Part shown: positions 44,644-59,454 of the stretch, piece after piece
Layout: each line of letters opens with the position of its first letter
Position numbering within the stretch: the stretch's first letter is position 1
From: Eledone cirrhosa
Lineage: Eukaryota
NCBI GenBank assembly: GCA_964016885.1
Contig: CAXHJY010001767.1
Span: forward strand, 22,057-86,056
Reading direction: 5' to 3'
DNA length: 64,000 bases
Translations under genes and position numbers: made by a program
The notes under the pieces: model-generated
The model's database searches: none
Told to the model about the DNA's origin: nothing
What the model saw: only the letters and a program-made list of their open reading frames with translations

Positions 44644-46005
44644 CTAGCTGGCCCGTCCGGCTGGCGCCCGGTTAGGTATACCAGCATTTAATATTTTCAG
44701 GAATCCCCCCCTACACTCTAGTGCAAAGATACTGCACGCCCTCTCAAGTCAGCGAGGGGGGGGGGGTTAACATGCTCTGATGTTGGGTTTGAATAGTTTT
44801 TAGGATTCCTCAGTTCAGCAGCCAGTACGTTAAAGAAAATTGATAGTTACAATAAAGGCTGAACAGAGAACAAATTTTTTAACAAACAATAATTTGTACA
44901 ACCATAATGGAAATTCCAAGTAACAGAAAATATTTAAATTACATTGTTAGAGCCTCAGAGTATACAATATTTTTTGTTTGGCTCTCCGGAGCAAAGATGA
45001 AGTGATTGTTTGGCGAGCTCACCCTAGAGCATCCTACATACAATTGATCATGGGAGAATCACTGATCTCGTAGCTCGTCTCGCGGAGAAGCTCTGTAGAC
45101 GTTGACCTCTGGACACTCCTGTCAGGAGCAGGTAAGCTGTAGTGACTTAGAGGCCTACCACCAATCTCCAGGACACTGTTTTCAAGACAAATGAGTGCCT
45201 CATTGAAAACAACATCATATATTACATTCAGATTGTGTCTGCGTGTGCGGTGGAGGATGTCCTCAGCTAGATTTTCGCGGTGGTTGTTCCACATTGCGAG
45301 AGGGTTGGCAAGATCGCAGTTGTGCAGCATAATAGCAAAAAGTTTTTGCAGCTGAGAAGGGACTTTAGCAGTTGCTGCTTCTTGCAGGGTGAGGTGCCAA
45401 TGGCTGTCATCGTGTAACATACCACACATGTGGCAAGCCAAATGGTAAGTGGAACATTGATGGTCATTGATGGTTCTCAGATCTTGGAAAGACTGTGGTT
45501 CTCTAACCTCGAACAGTAACAATGACGATAAGCCGTCTGTGCTTTCGTGAAATAAACAGGTTTTTGTTTTTGTGTATGCAAAAATATCTGTACACAAATA
45601 TCATCATCATCATATATATTAAAATAACAGATTAAAGTTTAAGCAAAGATTCGCTGCTTTCACCCTTAACGGGATCTTCTGAAACTAAAAGAATGCTGAA
45701 GTAAATATTTTGAAAAACTTTATCTAATGCAGACAGCCAGACATACAGCCTGAGAAAAAGAGGGGAATGTTGTGCGACATCATAAGAAAAAGTGAGGAAT
45801 GATGTATAACCGGAGTGTTGACATTTGAAATTTCAAAGAAGTGAATATTTAAATAATGTCTTTAATCTTTTAACAAAATTCAGTAGACAAAAATACCCTC
45901 AATTTCTTACTTGGAAAAAGTTACATCTATGGTGCAAATTTGGTGCTGTTTGGTCCAGCCGTTTGGCAGAAAGTTTGTTACATACATACGGCCGTCAGCT
46001 TTAGA
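44644..46005 (-). mobile_element. Internally deleted Helitron with Rep/helicase fragments
   Basis: LLLFEVREPQSFQDLRT..AC..GMLHDD..W..LQEA..QLQKLF (45034-45520); CSRVSS..TKNIVYSEAL* (~44940-45030); 3' hairpin and CTAG. Confidence 0.85.
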
Positions 46006-46036
46006 TATATTATATATATTATATATATTATATATA

Positions 46037-46098
<62 letters not shown>

Positions 46099-46341
46099 CA
46101 TATATCATATATATATATATTATATATATATCATATGTATATATATATCATATATGTCATATGTATATATTATAGATATCATATATATATTATATATACC
46201 TTATGTATATATATATGATATGTATATATCATATATATTATATATATCATGTATATATTATAGATATTATATATATATATATATCATATGTATATATCAT
46301 ATGTATATATTATAGATATCATATATATATATATATATATA

Positions 46342-49300
46342 TATCATCATCATCATCATCATCACCGTTTTACGTCCGTTCTTCCACGCTAGCATGGGTT
46401 AGACGGGTTGTCCTGTTGTGGGCAGTGTCTGGTCGGCTGACCATGCCTTGCTCATACAGGAACTGATCTGGCTTGATTTCTACAGCTGGATGCCCTTCCT
46501 AACACCAACCTCATTTACAGTGAGTGCTGGGTGCTTTTTCGTGGCGCCTACACGTCCACTTTACAGTGTGGGCTGGGTGCTTTTTTGCCGTGGCACCTCC
46601 ACGACCACCTTGCGGTGGGGGGGGGGGGGGGGCATATTGTTTATATGCTTCAGCATGTACCCATGGGAGGTCGGGTACCCTGTATTACTGCGTGACGCCA
46701 GAAGTCACGGTCGTGTGTCATTGACTTTGAGAGGTGTAGTTGGGTAAGGTCGGCTTTTATCACCTCATCCCAAGTCATCTTGGGTCTCCCCACTCCGCGG
46801 TTTCCATCAACTTCTAGTGCTCTGCACCTTTTTATGCAGCTGTCATCCTTCATACGCATCACATGTCCATACCAGCGTAACCGCCTCTCCTGCACGCAGC
46901 ATTTGATTCCTCTTATGCTCAGTCTCTCTCTCAATTCATTTATGCTTTGTCGTTCACGTATATTACTGTTACACATCCATCGGAGCATGCAGGCTTCGTT
47001 TCTCTCTAATCTACGTAAGTCTTCCACCTTCAGCGCCCAGGTCTCACTACCATGCAACATCGCTGTTCGGATACACGCATCATACAGTCTGCCTTTCATT
47101 CTGAGGGAGAAGCCTTTTGCAGCTAGCAGTGGTAGTAGTTCCCTAAACTTCTTCCATCCCGTTCTTACCCTAGTTATTGTACTTTCTGAGCACCCACCTC
47201 CGTTGCTAATTCGGTCACCTAGGTAGCAGAAGCTGTCTACTGTTTCTACAGGGCCCTCCCAGAGATTGGTGGTACTTGTTTCCTGTGGCTGTTTGCTTGC
47301 TGTTTCAGCACAGCTGCTGCATGTGAATCCTACATTCTTAATTAAGCTTCCTGAGATCCCGCTACATCTCTTGTGTACCCATTGTTTGCATTTGGGGCAA
47401 AGAATGGAGTTCCTACCTACACCTTTCCTACATACTGAGCAAGGCCATTTCCCTGAGGGGATCTGGGTTCTGTTTTCTCGTCTACTTATAAGGACCTTAG
47501 TCTTTGTCATGTTGACTTTGAGGCCCTTTCTCTCTAGTCCCTGCTTCCAGGTTTGGAATTTATTCTCTAGTTCTACCATAGATTCAGCTATGAGTGCGAG
47601 GTCATCAGCATACAGGAGTTCCCATGGGCATCCGGTCTTAAACTCCTCCGTTATTGCCTGCAGGACTATGATGAACAGGAGAGGGCTAAGAACAGAGCCC
47701 TGGTGGACCCCAACCTGTACGCTAAATTCCTCGCTATACTCATTGCCAATCCTAACTTTGCTGACTGCTCCCCTATACATGGCTTGTACCGCTTTCACAA
47801 GCCATTCATCTACTCCTAGTTTTCTAAGAGCCCACCAGATTACTGCACGTGGAACTCTGTCAAAGGCTTTCTCAAGGTCGACAAATGCCAAGTAGAGTGG
47901 CTTACTTTTAGCTAGGTACTTTTCCTGTAATTGCCTCACAAGGAAGAGCGCATCAGTGGTGCCTTTCCCTGGAACAAACCCAAATTGCATCTCGTCTATA
48001 TTCACCCGGTCCCTAATCAGCTGTGCTATAACTCTTTCTGTTACTTTCATGACCTGGTCCATCAACTTTATACCTCTATAGTTTCCTCTATCTAGTGCAT
48101 CGCCTTTACCTTTGTAGCAGTTGACAATGATGCTACTGCACCAATCTTTTGGTATGGCCCCCTCTAGTATTACCTGGTTAACGATACGTGTGGTTATAGT
48201 GTGACCTACAGACCCAGATGCCTTCAGCATCTCGGCAGCTATACCCGATGGACCGGTTGCCTTCCCTATCTTCATATCTCTGATTGCCTTACTTACTACG
48301 CTGCCGCTGACTTGTACTGCTGGTCCCTCTATAGGGTCTACGTGGGGTAGGGTCTCTTCTTCCCATGCATTCTCCTCATTTAGTAATCTATCATAATGAC
48401 TCTTCCATGCATCTTTCTTCTCAGCACTTGTGAGGGCAAGCTCACCTTTATCATTCCGGATACACTTCTCTCCAATGACATCACAACTATCTCTGACACA
48501 CTGCCTCGCAATCTTGAATACCTCCTGTTTCTGGTCCTCACGTTGTAAAACATGCTTGAATTTTCTATCCTCTGCTTCCCTCCTAGCTAAGTATACTTGT
48601 CGCCTAGCTTCCCTCTTGGTCTCTATGTAATGTACCCTGCTCCCCCCGTTCTTCCATTCTTTCCATGCCTGTCTCTTGGCCTTGACTGCTTCATCTACCT
48701 TATTGTTCCACCACCAAGTCACTCTCCTCCTGCTTGAGGTCTTACTCCAGCCACAAACCTCATCCGTCGCCTCTAGTAAGTTATTTTTTAGGAACTCCCA
48801 GTTCTCTTCTACGTTAAATGTCTCTATCTGTTCTTCTTTACTGTCGTAGGCGTTGAGTAAAATATCTTTAAATCTGTTACTGGTTGAGGGGACTTTCAGC
48901 TTCCAGATCTTTCTTCTCCAGGTTGGCCTCTGTTTCAGGGCTCGTCTAGTTCTGACCGTGAGGTCGCTGACAACTAAGCTATGTTGGGATGTACATTCCT
49001 CACTAGGGAAGGCTTTTGTGTTTACGACCGTCCATCTGTCACGTCCTCTGATGAGGATAAAATCTAACTGACTAGAGTGCTCCCCTGATCTATAGGTGAT
49101 CAGGTGGTTGTCGGGTTTTTTAAAGTTTGTGTTACATATCGACATGTCATTGGCGTCGCAGAATTCTAGAAGTCTGAATCCTTCCTCATTCCTTGTGCCA
49201 ACTCCATGGCCTCCATGTACTCTATTGAAGCCGTCGCAGTGTTTACCTACGTGTCCGTTAAAATCTCCTGCAATGATTAGGAAGTCCTTGTCGTCTGTTA

Positions 49301-49392
49301 GAGCAGTAGTGTGTATTAGGGACTCGTAAAACCTATCCTTAAGTTCGTCTGGCAGCCCCGATTGGGGTGCGTAAGCTGATATTATTGTGGTA
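46342..49392 (-). mobile_element. RTE LINE, 5'-truncated within APE, uninterrupted ORF (APE part, RT, PHD-like finger)
   Basis: ORF to 46650: SAYAPQSG, GDFNGH, QLDFIL, NYRGIKL, QFGF, YADD, FCYLG; (ATG)n tail. Confidence 0.95.
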
Positions 49393-49530
49393 ATTATATA
49401 TATATACCATATGTATATATATATCATATATATCATATGTATATATTATAGAAATCATATATATATTATATATATCATATATATATTATATATATATGCC
49501 ATATAATATAAAGCCGACGTAAAATGATGA

Positions 49531-49577
<47 letters not shown>

Positions 49578-49687
49578 ATATATGTTATATATAATATATA
49601 TATATGTTCTAGGGCGGGTAAAATTCCTGAGATATATATATAGGTATATATATATAATACATGTATATAATACATGTAGATAATATA

Positions 49688-49732
<45 letters not shown>

Positions 49733-49876
49733 TATATATATAGCATTGAAATAATCAGGTAACCTCTGGCCTCTGCTGTAGAGGATGCTGGCTATTTATC
49801 AGACAAGTGACAGAAAAATGGTCTGTAAGAAAATAGATAATCAATATCTCTAACACTTCTCTATATTTATATCTAT

Positions 49877-51690
49877 GTGGTGGTGGTGGTGGTGGTTGTG
49901 ATGATTGCGGTGATGGTGGTGGTGATGGTTGTGGTGGTGGTGGTTGTGGTGGTGGTGGTGGTGGTGATGGTGGTTGTGGTGGTTGTGGTGGTGGTGGTTG
50001 TGGTGGTGGTGATGGTGGTTGTGGTGGTGGTGGTTGTGGTGGTGGTGGTGGTGGTGATGGTGATGGTGGTGGTTGTGGTGGTGGTGGGGATGGTGGTTGT
50101 GGTGGTGGTGGTTGTGGTGATGGTGGTGGTGATGGTGGTTGTGGTGGTGGTGGTGGTGATGGTTATGGTGGTTGTGGTGGTTGTGGTGGTTGTGGTTGTG
50201 GTGGTGGTGGTTGTGGTGGTGGTGGTGGTGGTGGTGATGGTTATGGTGGTTGTGGTGGTGGTGATGGTGGTGGTGGTGGTGGTTGTGGTGGTTGTGGTTG
50301 TGGTGGTGGTGGTTGTGGTGGTGGTGGTGGTGGTGGTGATGGTTATGGTGGTTGTGGTGGTGGTGATGGTGATGGTGGTGGTGGTTGTGGTGGTGGTGGT
50401 TGTGGTGATGGTGGTGGTTGTGATGATTGTGGTGATGGTGTTGGTGGTGGACGTGATGTTGTGGTGGTGGTTGTGATGATTGTGGTGATGGTGGTGGTGG
50501 TGGTTGTGATGATTGTGGTGATGGTGGTGGTGGTGGTGGTTGTGCTGGACATGATGGTTGTGATGATTGTTGGTTTGGTTGTGATGGTTGTTGTGGTGGT
50601 GATATTGATGATAGCGCTGATCGTGATGGTTGTTGTGTTTGTGGTCGAATTATTGGTGATGGTTGTGATGGTGGAGGTGGTAGTATTCGTGATGGTGGTG
50701 GGTGTTGTGCTGGATATGATGGTGGTGAGTCTTGTTGTGTTGTTTGTTGTGGTGGTGGTTGTGATGGTTGTTGTGGTTGTGGTGGTAGTGTATTGGTGAT
50801 GGTGGTGGAGGTTGTGTTGGATATGATGGTGGTGATGGTTTTTGTGGTGGTGGGACATGATGGTTGTGATTGTGGTATTGGTGATGGTGGTGGTTGTTGT
50901 GGTTGTTGTGGTGATGGTTGTGATGTGATGATAATGATGGTGGTGGTGGTTGTTGTGATGGTTGTGATGTGATGATAATGATGGTGGTGGTGGTTGTTGT
51001 GATGGTTCTGATGTGATGATAATGATGGTGGTGGCGATGGTGATGTTGGTGATGATAATGATGATGATGATGTTGGTGGTTGTGATGGTGCTGTTGAAAT
51101 GGTGCTGGATGTTGTGGTGGTGATGGTGATGGTGGTGATGGTAATGATTATGATGATGGCAGTGGTTGTAGTGGTAATGATGATGGTGGTGCTTGTATCG
51201 TTGGTGTAATTGTGGTGGGGTACATTGGGAGTACTAGTGGTGGTGGTGTTGGGGGAGCTGTTCTTGTTGCTGTTGATTGTAGTTTTGGTGGTGGTGGTGG
51301 TGGTTGTAGAGGTGTTAATGTTAGTTGTGGTAGTGTAGTGGTGTTTGTGGTGGTGATGATGGTGGAGTTGTTCTTGTTGCTGTTGACTGTAGTGGTTGAG
51401 GTGGTGTTGGTGGTCGTAATGTCGGTTGAGGTGGTGTTGATGGTGGTGATGTCAGTTGAAGTGGTGTTGATGGTGGTGATGTCAGTTGTGGTAGTGTAGT
51501 GGTGGTGGTGATGGTGGTGGATCGGCAGTTGTGGTGGTATTTGTGGTGCAGGTGGCCGTGATGGTGGTGGTGGTGGTCTAGTTCTTTTTACTTGTTGTCA
51601 ATGGTGATGCTATTGGTGTTGTGTCTGTGATGGAGGTGGTGGTGGTGAGTGGCTCTGGTGGTAATACAGTGTTGTTGATGATGATGTAGG
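49877..51690. repeat. (GGT/GAT/GTT)n compound trinucleotide microsatellite
   Basis: Direct; poly-Val ORFs are artefacts. Confidence 0.95.
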
Positions 51691-52439
51691 TAAAGTGGAC
51701 TGTATAGTGGTAGAAGTCTATTCAACCACCCCCACCCACACTCTCTTCTCTCCATAATCTATTTTCTTTGTTTATCAATTTATTTTTATTTTATTTTTAT
51801 ATTTTTACATTTTTTACATTATTTTATTTTATTTTATATTTCTTAATATTATTTTATACTTATTTTTTGTTAATTTTCACCCAGCCTATTTGTTTGTTTG
51901 TTTGTTTGTGTTTTTGTGATGTTTATTTATCCTTTATGTGTGTTGTTTGATTGTTTGTTTGTCTAGTCAAGGGAAATAGCAGAGACAGAACTAAAACACA
52001 CACACACTCACATAAACACAAACACATACACACACACATAAACACATACACACATAAACACACACACTCACATAAACACATACACACATATGCATACACA
52101 CACACACACTTATACACACAAATAAACATCAAATTTTTATAGCTTCCGACTTTGATTCATCATCATCATTGTTATTATTATTACTATTATTATTATTATT
52201 ACTCACCACCACCATTATTATTATCAATCTTATTATTAACCCCCCCCCCATGCATCATCATCACCATCATTGTTGTTATTATTGTTGTTGTTGTCATTTC
52301 ATTTGTTTGTTTGTTTGTTTTAAAAGGCTGGAGATAAAAATATTTTTAGATTTACAAAATATTTATGAAACTGTTGTAAAGTCTGTTGTTATAACAATCC
52401 TCGTTGGTTTTTGTTGTTGTCCTCAGTAAGATTGCTTCC

Positions 52440-52980
52440 AGCACCTCACCACAATAACACTATCATTACAACATTACCATCATCACAACACTACCGTCAT
52501 CATCATCACAACACTACCACCATCATCATCATCACAACACTACCACCATCATCACAACACTACCACCATCATCACAAAACTACCACCATCATCACAGTAA
52601 TACTATCATCACAGTAATACTATCATCACAACACTACCACCATCATCACAGTAATACTATCATCACAACACTACCATCATCATCACCACCACCACAGTAA
52701 TACCATCATCACAATACTACCGTCATCATCACAATAACACTATCATCATCACAACACTACCACCATCAACATCATCACAACAACACCATCACAATAATAC
52801 CATCATCACAATACTACCATCATCATCATCACAACAACACCATCATCATCATCATCACTACCATCACCACATCACCACCATTGCTCCAATCATCACAACA
52901 TCACTACCATCGCCACCATCATCACATTAATGCTGTTACAATTACCATTACCACTTTCACAACAACACCACAACCACATC
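52440..52980. repeat. (CAT/CAC)-rich degenerate repeat
   Basis: catcacaacactaccac units. Confidence 0.85.
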
Positions 52981-53297
52981 CTGTGTGGCGCCAATGGTAC
53001 TCTGTCACACGATCACTACTGATTACACTAAAGTACAAACATGTAGGTATATATCCAATGATTGTTGAAAATATTTCTGTAGAACTTAACTGAGAGCCTT
53101 GTCGAAATACAGGAAAACTATGTATATATATATAGTTCAAGAAAACAACAAAACAGAGATACAAATAGTCTTATTAGTTTCACGCTTTATATGGGAAATG
53201 GGGAAAGAAAGTTTGATGTGACAGGCTTCAGCCCTTCTTCAGGAGTACAAAAAATGGTTGGGATGGGAATACAAAGGATAGGATGATGATGATGATG

Positions 53298-53354
<57 letters not shown>

Positions 53355-53356
<2 letters not shown>

Positions 53357-53697
53357 AGGCACATGGCTTAGTGGTTAGAACATTGGCCTTGCAGTCGAAA
53401 GGTTGTGAGTTCAATTCTCAGACCAGGTGATGTGTTGTTTCCTTGAGCAAGACACTTTATTTCACATTGCTCCAGTTTATTCAGCTGTAGAAATGAGATG
53501 ATAGGGACTGGGGTCCATATCATTTCACTGTAAAGTGGTCGTGGAGGTGCCACGGCAAAAAAAAAGCACCCAGCACTCACTGTAAATGAGGTTGGTGTTA
53601 GGAAGGGCATCCAGCTGTAGAAATCAAGCCAGAATCAGTTCCCGTCCCACCCTTGCCAGCAGGGAAAAGCGGACGTAAAATAATGATGATGATGATG
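53355..53697 (+). mobile_element. SINE family A
   Basis: Near-identical head, body and tail. Confidence 0.88.
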
Positions 53698-54632
53698 AAA
53701 TGAAAAGTATAGAAATTATTGTGAGCAAAAAGCCAACAGTATTTCATAATATATGACTATAGCGTCAAAAAAAAAAAAATATATATATATAGTTATGTTG
53801 GTTCTGCTACATCCAGTCCTAAATAAATGAGGTCGTGTAGGTGTCACGACAAAAAAAACACACAGTTCACGCTGTAATGTGGCCGTGTAGGTAACACGGT
53901 AAAAACCTCCCAGTCCACACTGTAAACAAGCAAGACAACCAATCTTGCTTTAAGTGGGACAATTCCCGTCTAAACCTATGCTAGCATGGAAGATAGACGT
54001 TAAACAATGATGATGATGATAATGATGATGATATATATATTATCATCATCATCATTTAACATCCATTTTCCATGAGTTGTCCTTACATTGTGAGACAAGT
54101 CAGATCAGGTGACTGTGCCTTGCTCATACAGAACTGTTTCTGGCTTGGTTTCTATAGCTGGATGCCAGTCCTAACACCAACCACATTTACAGTGATTACT
54201 GGATGCTATTTATTATGGCACCAAAACGACCAACTGACAGAGTGGGGTGGGTGCTTTTTGTTATATCACCAGCAAAACCATTTTACAATGTGGACTTCGT
54301 GCTTTTTGTTGTAACACCAACATGACCACCATTACAGAGTGGACTGGGTGTTTTTTGTAGTGTTACCAACATGACTACTTTACAAGGTGGACTGGGTGCT
54401 TATATATATATGCAAAACGTAAACAGAAACTACAATGAAAACAAAACAACACAGTACAATGAAGAAATGTATTAGTTTAACGCTTGATATAATAGGATAA
54501 GTCTTTACGTTTTGGACACTAGTCCATCATCAGAAAATACAATGAGAAGTAAAAGATGAAATAGAAAGACAGAAAGTAAGAAGAGAATAGATCAATTTCT
54601 TTTTGAAGAAAAGCATGTGTGCATTCGGTCAG

Positions 54633-54683
<51 letters not shown>

Positions 54684-55590
54684 GAAAGAGAGAGAGTTGC
54701 TTGAGTATGATTTCGTGCTACGAAAAAATGGTAAACATACAGGTAATATATATACTTTAATACATGTTATTAGATAGAACTAGCAAGGAACTAGCAGTTT
54801 GAAAGAATGGAAACTACATGATGTTGCTATAGACAAGGAAACCTCTCTAATGTTGATGCCAAGATAAAAATGCATCAAGTACACTCTGTAAAATGGTGGA
54901 CAATTGTAGAGAGGCAGAGATAATGTAGGGTAGAGTGGATTCTTTAGTCTTGCCAAGAACGTGAGAATCTTTCTCATAGTGGTGGTGCCATGATAGAAAT
55001 ACACTCAAAACATTCTAGGACATCCAACCATTGAAGAAATCATAGCAATAATGGAATGTATAAGTAAGACCCTCCAAGACATCTATTTATTTGACTTCAA
55101 TCTTAACAACTTATCCAACACAGCCAACATAATGATGATGATGGGGATGATGATGATGAGTAGGGGGATGGTGATGGGGATGATGAGGAGAACGATGGTG
55201 ATGAGGAGGATGATAACAATGATGATGATGATGGTGGTGGTGATGATGACAATGATGTCGGTGATGGTGATGATGATGATGATGTCGATGATGGTGATGA
55301 TGTGGACGACAATAATAATGTTGATGATGATCATGATGGTGGTGATGATTATGATGGTGATGATGATGATGTACAACAACTAGGCTGTATATTCAGTAAA
55401 GTAGCTACACAGAAATCTCTCCAGATTTCCAAAGCTATATTTAAACATAAATAAATAAATAACTGAAAAGAAATATTTCTGCTGTGAAATGGTTTTAGTT
55501 GTGATGTGTAAAGCAAAGGAAAGAATTAGGTAGATGGAGAAAGGAAAAGGTACTGGAGAACTGGACTTTCTTCCAAGAGATATTGCAAGT

Positions 55591-55625
<35 letters not shown>

Positions 55626-55935
55626 AGAATGACTGACCTGTAATGGTTTATTTATGAAAATTTATGAAAAATGTATTTGGTTGTTTGGTTGTTGTTACTA
55701 TTACATACTGAAAACACGCATAGAGAGGAAACATGTAGAATTATATATATTTATATATATATATATATATAAATAAATAAATACACATATAAATATATAT
55801 GTGTATATATATATATTTATATATATAAAATTTAGTACAGCATCATCGAAGCTCTGGTTATATATATATATATACATATACACACACACACACATATAAA
55901 TATATGTGTGTATATATACATATATATATATATGT

Positions 55936-55966
<31 letters not shown>

Positions 55967-56139
55967 ATGTATGTATATATAATATATATATATACACACA
56001 CAGATATATATATATGTATATATATATTCCTTTTCAATCTCAAATCTTTGTTTATAAATGTACATTGTTTCATATATATAGTGTATTTATATAAGCACAC
56101 ACACACATATATATATAAAGGTGAACATGTATTTGTGTG

Positions 56140-56174
<35 letters not shown>

Positions 56175-57045
56175 GCGCATGTGTATGTGCGTGTACATGC
56201 TCACTTTTATATATATACACGTGTGTGTGTACATACGCACCTTTATATATATATACATGTGTGTGTGTACGTGCTCGCCTACACACACACATATATATAT
56301 ATACATGTGTGTGTGTGTGTGTACATATGCACCTTTATATATATATACATGTGTGTGTGTGTGTACATGCTCGCCTACACACACACACATATATATATAC
56401 ATGTGTGTGTGTGCATGCTCACCTTTATATATATATATATCTATATCTATATACATGTGTGATTATGTGTACATGCTCACCTTTATATACACAGGGAAGA
56501 AGACAGTAAAAAGTCAATAAATCTAATTCCCATGACCAAACTAATCTGAAAATGGAATCTACCAAAATCAATAGAACTTTGCAAAAGTAGGAATTGGTCA
56601 GTTGATTGAACATTTACTGTACAGTTATGTACACATTTGCTACAAAGTCCAATTGCAGTGGACAGCTGTCTCTCAGCTCAATCTTCCATTATTTTGTACC
56701 TTTCCAAACGAAAGTCATGCTGATGTCATATTGTTTCATTGTCACCCTGTTACTATGGTAATAAGAGTTGGCTGTTAAGAGCATCCACCACAATACTGAG
56801 TGGTTTTATGTTAGTTCGACATATAAACATTAACAGCAGATCAGCCAAACTTTAATGACTGCTTATATAAGCACCATAAAATTAATCAATGGATTGTCTT
56901 TAGTAAACAAGTGGTCAGTGTGTATTAATGCCCACTGTTGTTTTAATGCCCAGTTAGCAAGGGTTGGATGGATCTACATAGACCAAGTTAGTACTGTGGG
57001 ACTACTGATCTCCCAGACAAACCAGGGATCTATCTATCTATCTAT

Positions 57046-57086
<41 letters not shown>

Positions 57087-57351
57087 AAAAGAGTCAGGAC
57101 CCCGACGGCTGAGCTCCGGCCATTTCAACAGCTAGATCTGAATTAAACCAGTAGTATTAGTATATATATATTAGCTGATTTAGCTTTAGCTTATCTCCCC
57201 CGAAATAAGGTTTTGGCTTAAGTTTGATATATTTCATTACTTCTCTGAGCAGATAATTTATTAATATATCTTATCCTTTCATTGAGATTTTAACGTATTA
57301 GAGAAAGTTAACTTTATAAAGTTATAAATTAATATATATATATAGATATAT

Positions 57352-57680
57352 CATTCATCATCATCATTTCATTTTACGTCCGCTTTTTCCCTGCTTGCAA
57401 GGGTAGGATGGGAACTGATTATGGCTTGATTTCTACAGCTGGATGCCCTTCCTAACACCAACCTCATTTACAGTGAGTGCTGGGTGCTTTTTTGCCGTGG
57501 CACCTACACGACCACTTTGCAGTGGAATGATTTGGACCCCAGTCCCTATCATCTCATTTCTACAGAGCAATGTGAAATAAAGTGTCTTGCTCAAGGAAAC
57601 AACACATCACCCGGTCTGAGAATTGAACTCACAACCTTTCGATTGCAAGGCCAATGCTCTAACAACTAAGCCATGTGCCT

Positions 57681-57682
<2 letters not shown>
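57352..57682 (-). mobile_element. SINE family A
   Basis: Reverse complement of the family A sequence. Confidence 0.88.
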
Positions 57683-57746
<64 letters not shown>

Positions 57747-57872
57747 CTCCTAACACCTGATAAAATTGCCTAGTCTTGTATCATAATTAGATGACAGAGC
57801 TGGGCCATCGAAATACGTACAGTGCTTTTGCGGAATTAAAATTCTGAAGTAAGTTTTCCAGTCCTTCAATCT

Positions 57873-58543
57873 GGATCGTAAGTTCAAACCTAAATTTCCC
57901 TACAGTACACCATCACTGTCTATATTTCTCTATATGCCAAAAAAAAATTCTGTATTTGCTGTTGTGTTAGATGCTTCTATGTATAAGATGCCCCCTGGTT
58001 TTACAAGGACAAGTATTTTGGTATTTGTGAGTTTTATATCAAATAATAATAATATTTGATTCGTTTTCAAGCAAACAGCCTCATTATGTTATGTGTTTTT
58101 AAATGACCATCACTATCCTTTTGTTTTAGCAGTGACAGAGAGAAACAACCGAAAATATTGTTTCTGGGTTTTTGCCCTCACAAATGCATTTATGTATCCG
58201 CTATGTTTGGGCGAAAACGAAATTCTAATTTTGTTTTTAGAATTTTAGTACATTTCTTCATAAATTTATTAAAAATTATTTCATTGCACAACATCTGAAC
58301 ATTTGGTCATCTAAAAAACTTAGCATAGTGAGACTGTTTGCTTGCAAACAAATTGAATATTGTTATTATGTGATTTAAAACTCACATATACTAAAAATCT
58401 TTTTTCTCAAAATGTCCTTGTAAAACCAGGTGTCTTATACAAAGGGACGTCCAACAGGCCAGCAAATATGGGATTTGTTTTTGGCATATAAAGAAATATA
58501 GACAGTGATGGTGTAGGGAGATTGAGGTTTGAACTTATGATCC
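57873..58543. mobile_element. MITE with long (~235 bp) diverged terminal inverted repeats
   Basis: ggatcgtaagttcaaacc..caccatcactgtctatatttct..ctggttttacaaggaca mirrored by tgtccttgtaaaaccag..agaaatatagacagtgatggtg..ggtttgaacttatgatcc. Confidence 0.8.
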
Positions 58544-58919
58544 TTTAGTTAGTAGAGTTCAATAATTTAACCTCTCAGTTAAACTGTGCAATAATCATTG
58601 TAATAAAGTGAATAAATCTGACAATCATCATCATCATCATTGGATTGTTTGGGTTAGAAATTGCAATGTTTACAACTTCTGCAATGAACTTTTAATAAAC
58701 AAGGGAAGTCAAGAGTTTTTTTTAATAAACAGGAAAGGTGAATATTTTTACTAAACAAGAGAGGGACTGAAAGTAAAATAGGAAGAGAGAAAATATGTGA
58801 ATTATTTCAATTATTTACACTGTAATGATACTTGTCAAAACATGTTTGGAGGAGTTGTGGGAAAAAAGTGAAAAACTTGAAGACAATACAAGATTGAATG
58901 ATAAAAAAATTAATAATAA

Positions 58920-59445
58920 TTGATTCAATTTTTGGCACAAGGCCAGCAATTGGAAGGGAAGAGAAAAGTCAATTAAATCGACCACAGTGCATGACTGGGA
59001 CTTTATTTTATCAACCCTGTAAGCATGAAAGGCAAACTTAACCTCAGTAGGATTTCAATCCAGAAAATAAAGGGCTGTAACTACATGCCACAAAGCATGT
59101 TGTCTGATGCTCTAATAATAATAATAATAATAATTGTTTCTACTTTAGGCACAAGGCCAGCAATTACCCAGTGCATTACTGGTACTTTATTTTATCGACC
59201 CCGTAAGGATGAAAGGCAAAGTCAACCTCGGCGGGATTTGAACTCAGATCGTAAATAATTGTTTCTACTTTTGGCACAAGGCCAGCAATTACCCAGTGCA
59301 TTACTGGTACTTTATTTTATCGACCCCGTAAAGATGAAAGGCAAAGTTAACCTCGGCGGGAATTGAACTCAGATCATAAAGGGCCGTAACTCTTTGCTGC
59401 AAAGCATGGCGTCCGACCCTCTACCGATACTGCCAATCCACCACC
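58920..59445 (-). mobile_element. Tandem cluster of three family B SINEs
   Basis: Reverse complement of the 10185-10370 motif repeated. Confidence 0.8.
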
Positions 59446-59454
59446 CTATGTGTA

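Noticed and set aside
45647-45685. Hammerhead-like motif on the minus strand (CAGAAGA..GAAA)
   Set aside because: Two core positions deviate and stem I is poor
49877-50858. Poly-Val / poly-Thr / His-rich ORFs
   Set aside because: Trinucleotide microsatellite translations
54780-55110. Possible RLE-type retrotransposon C-terminus
   Set aside because: Too degraded to translate convincingly
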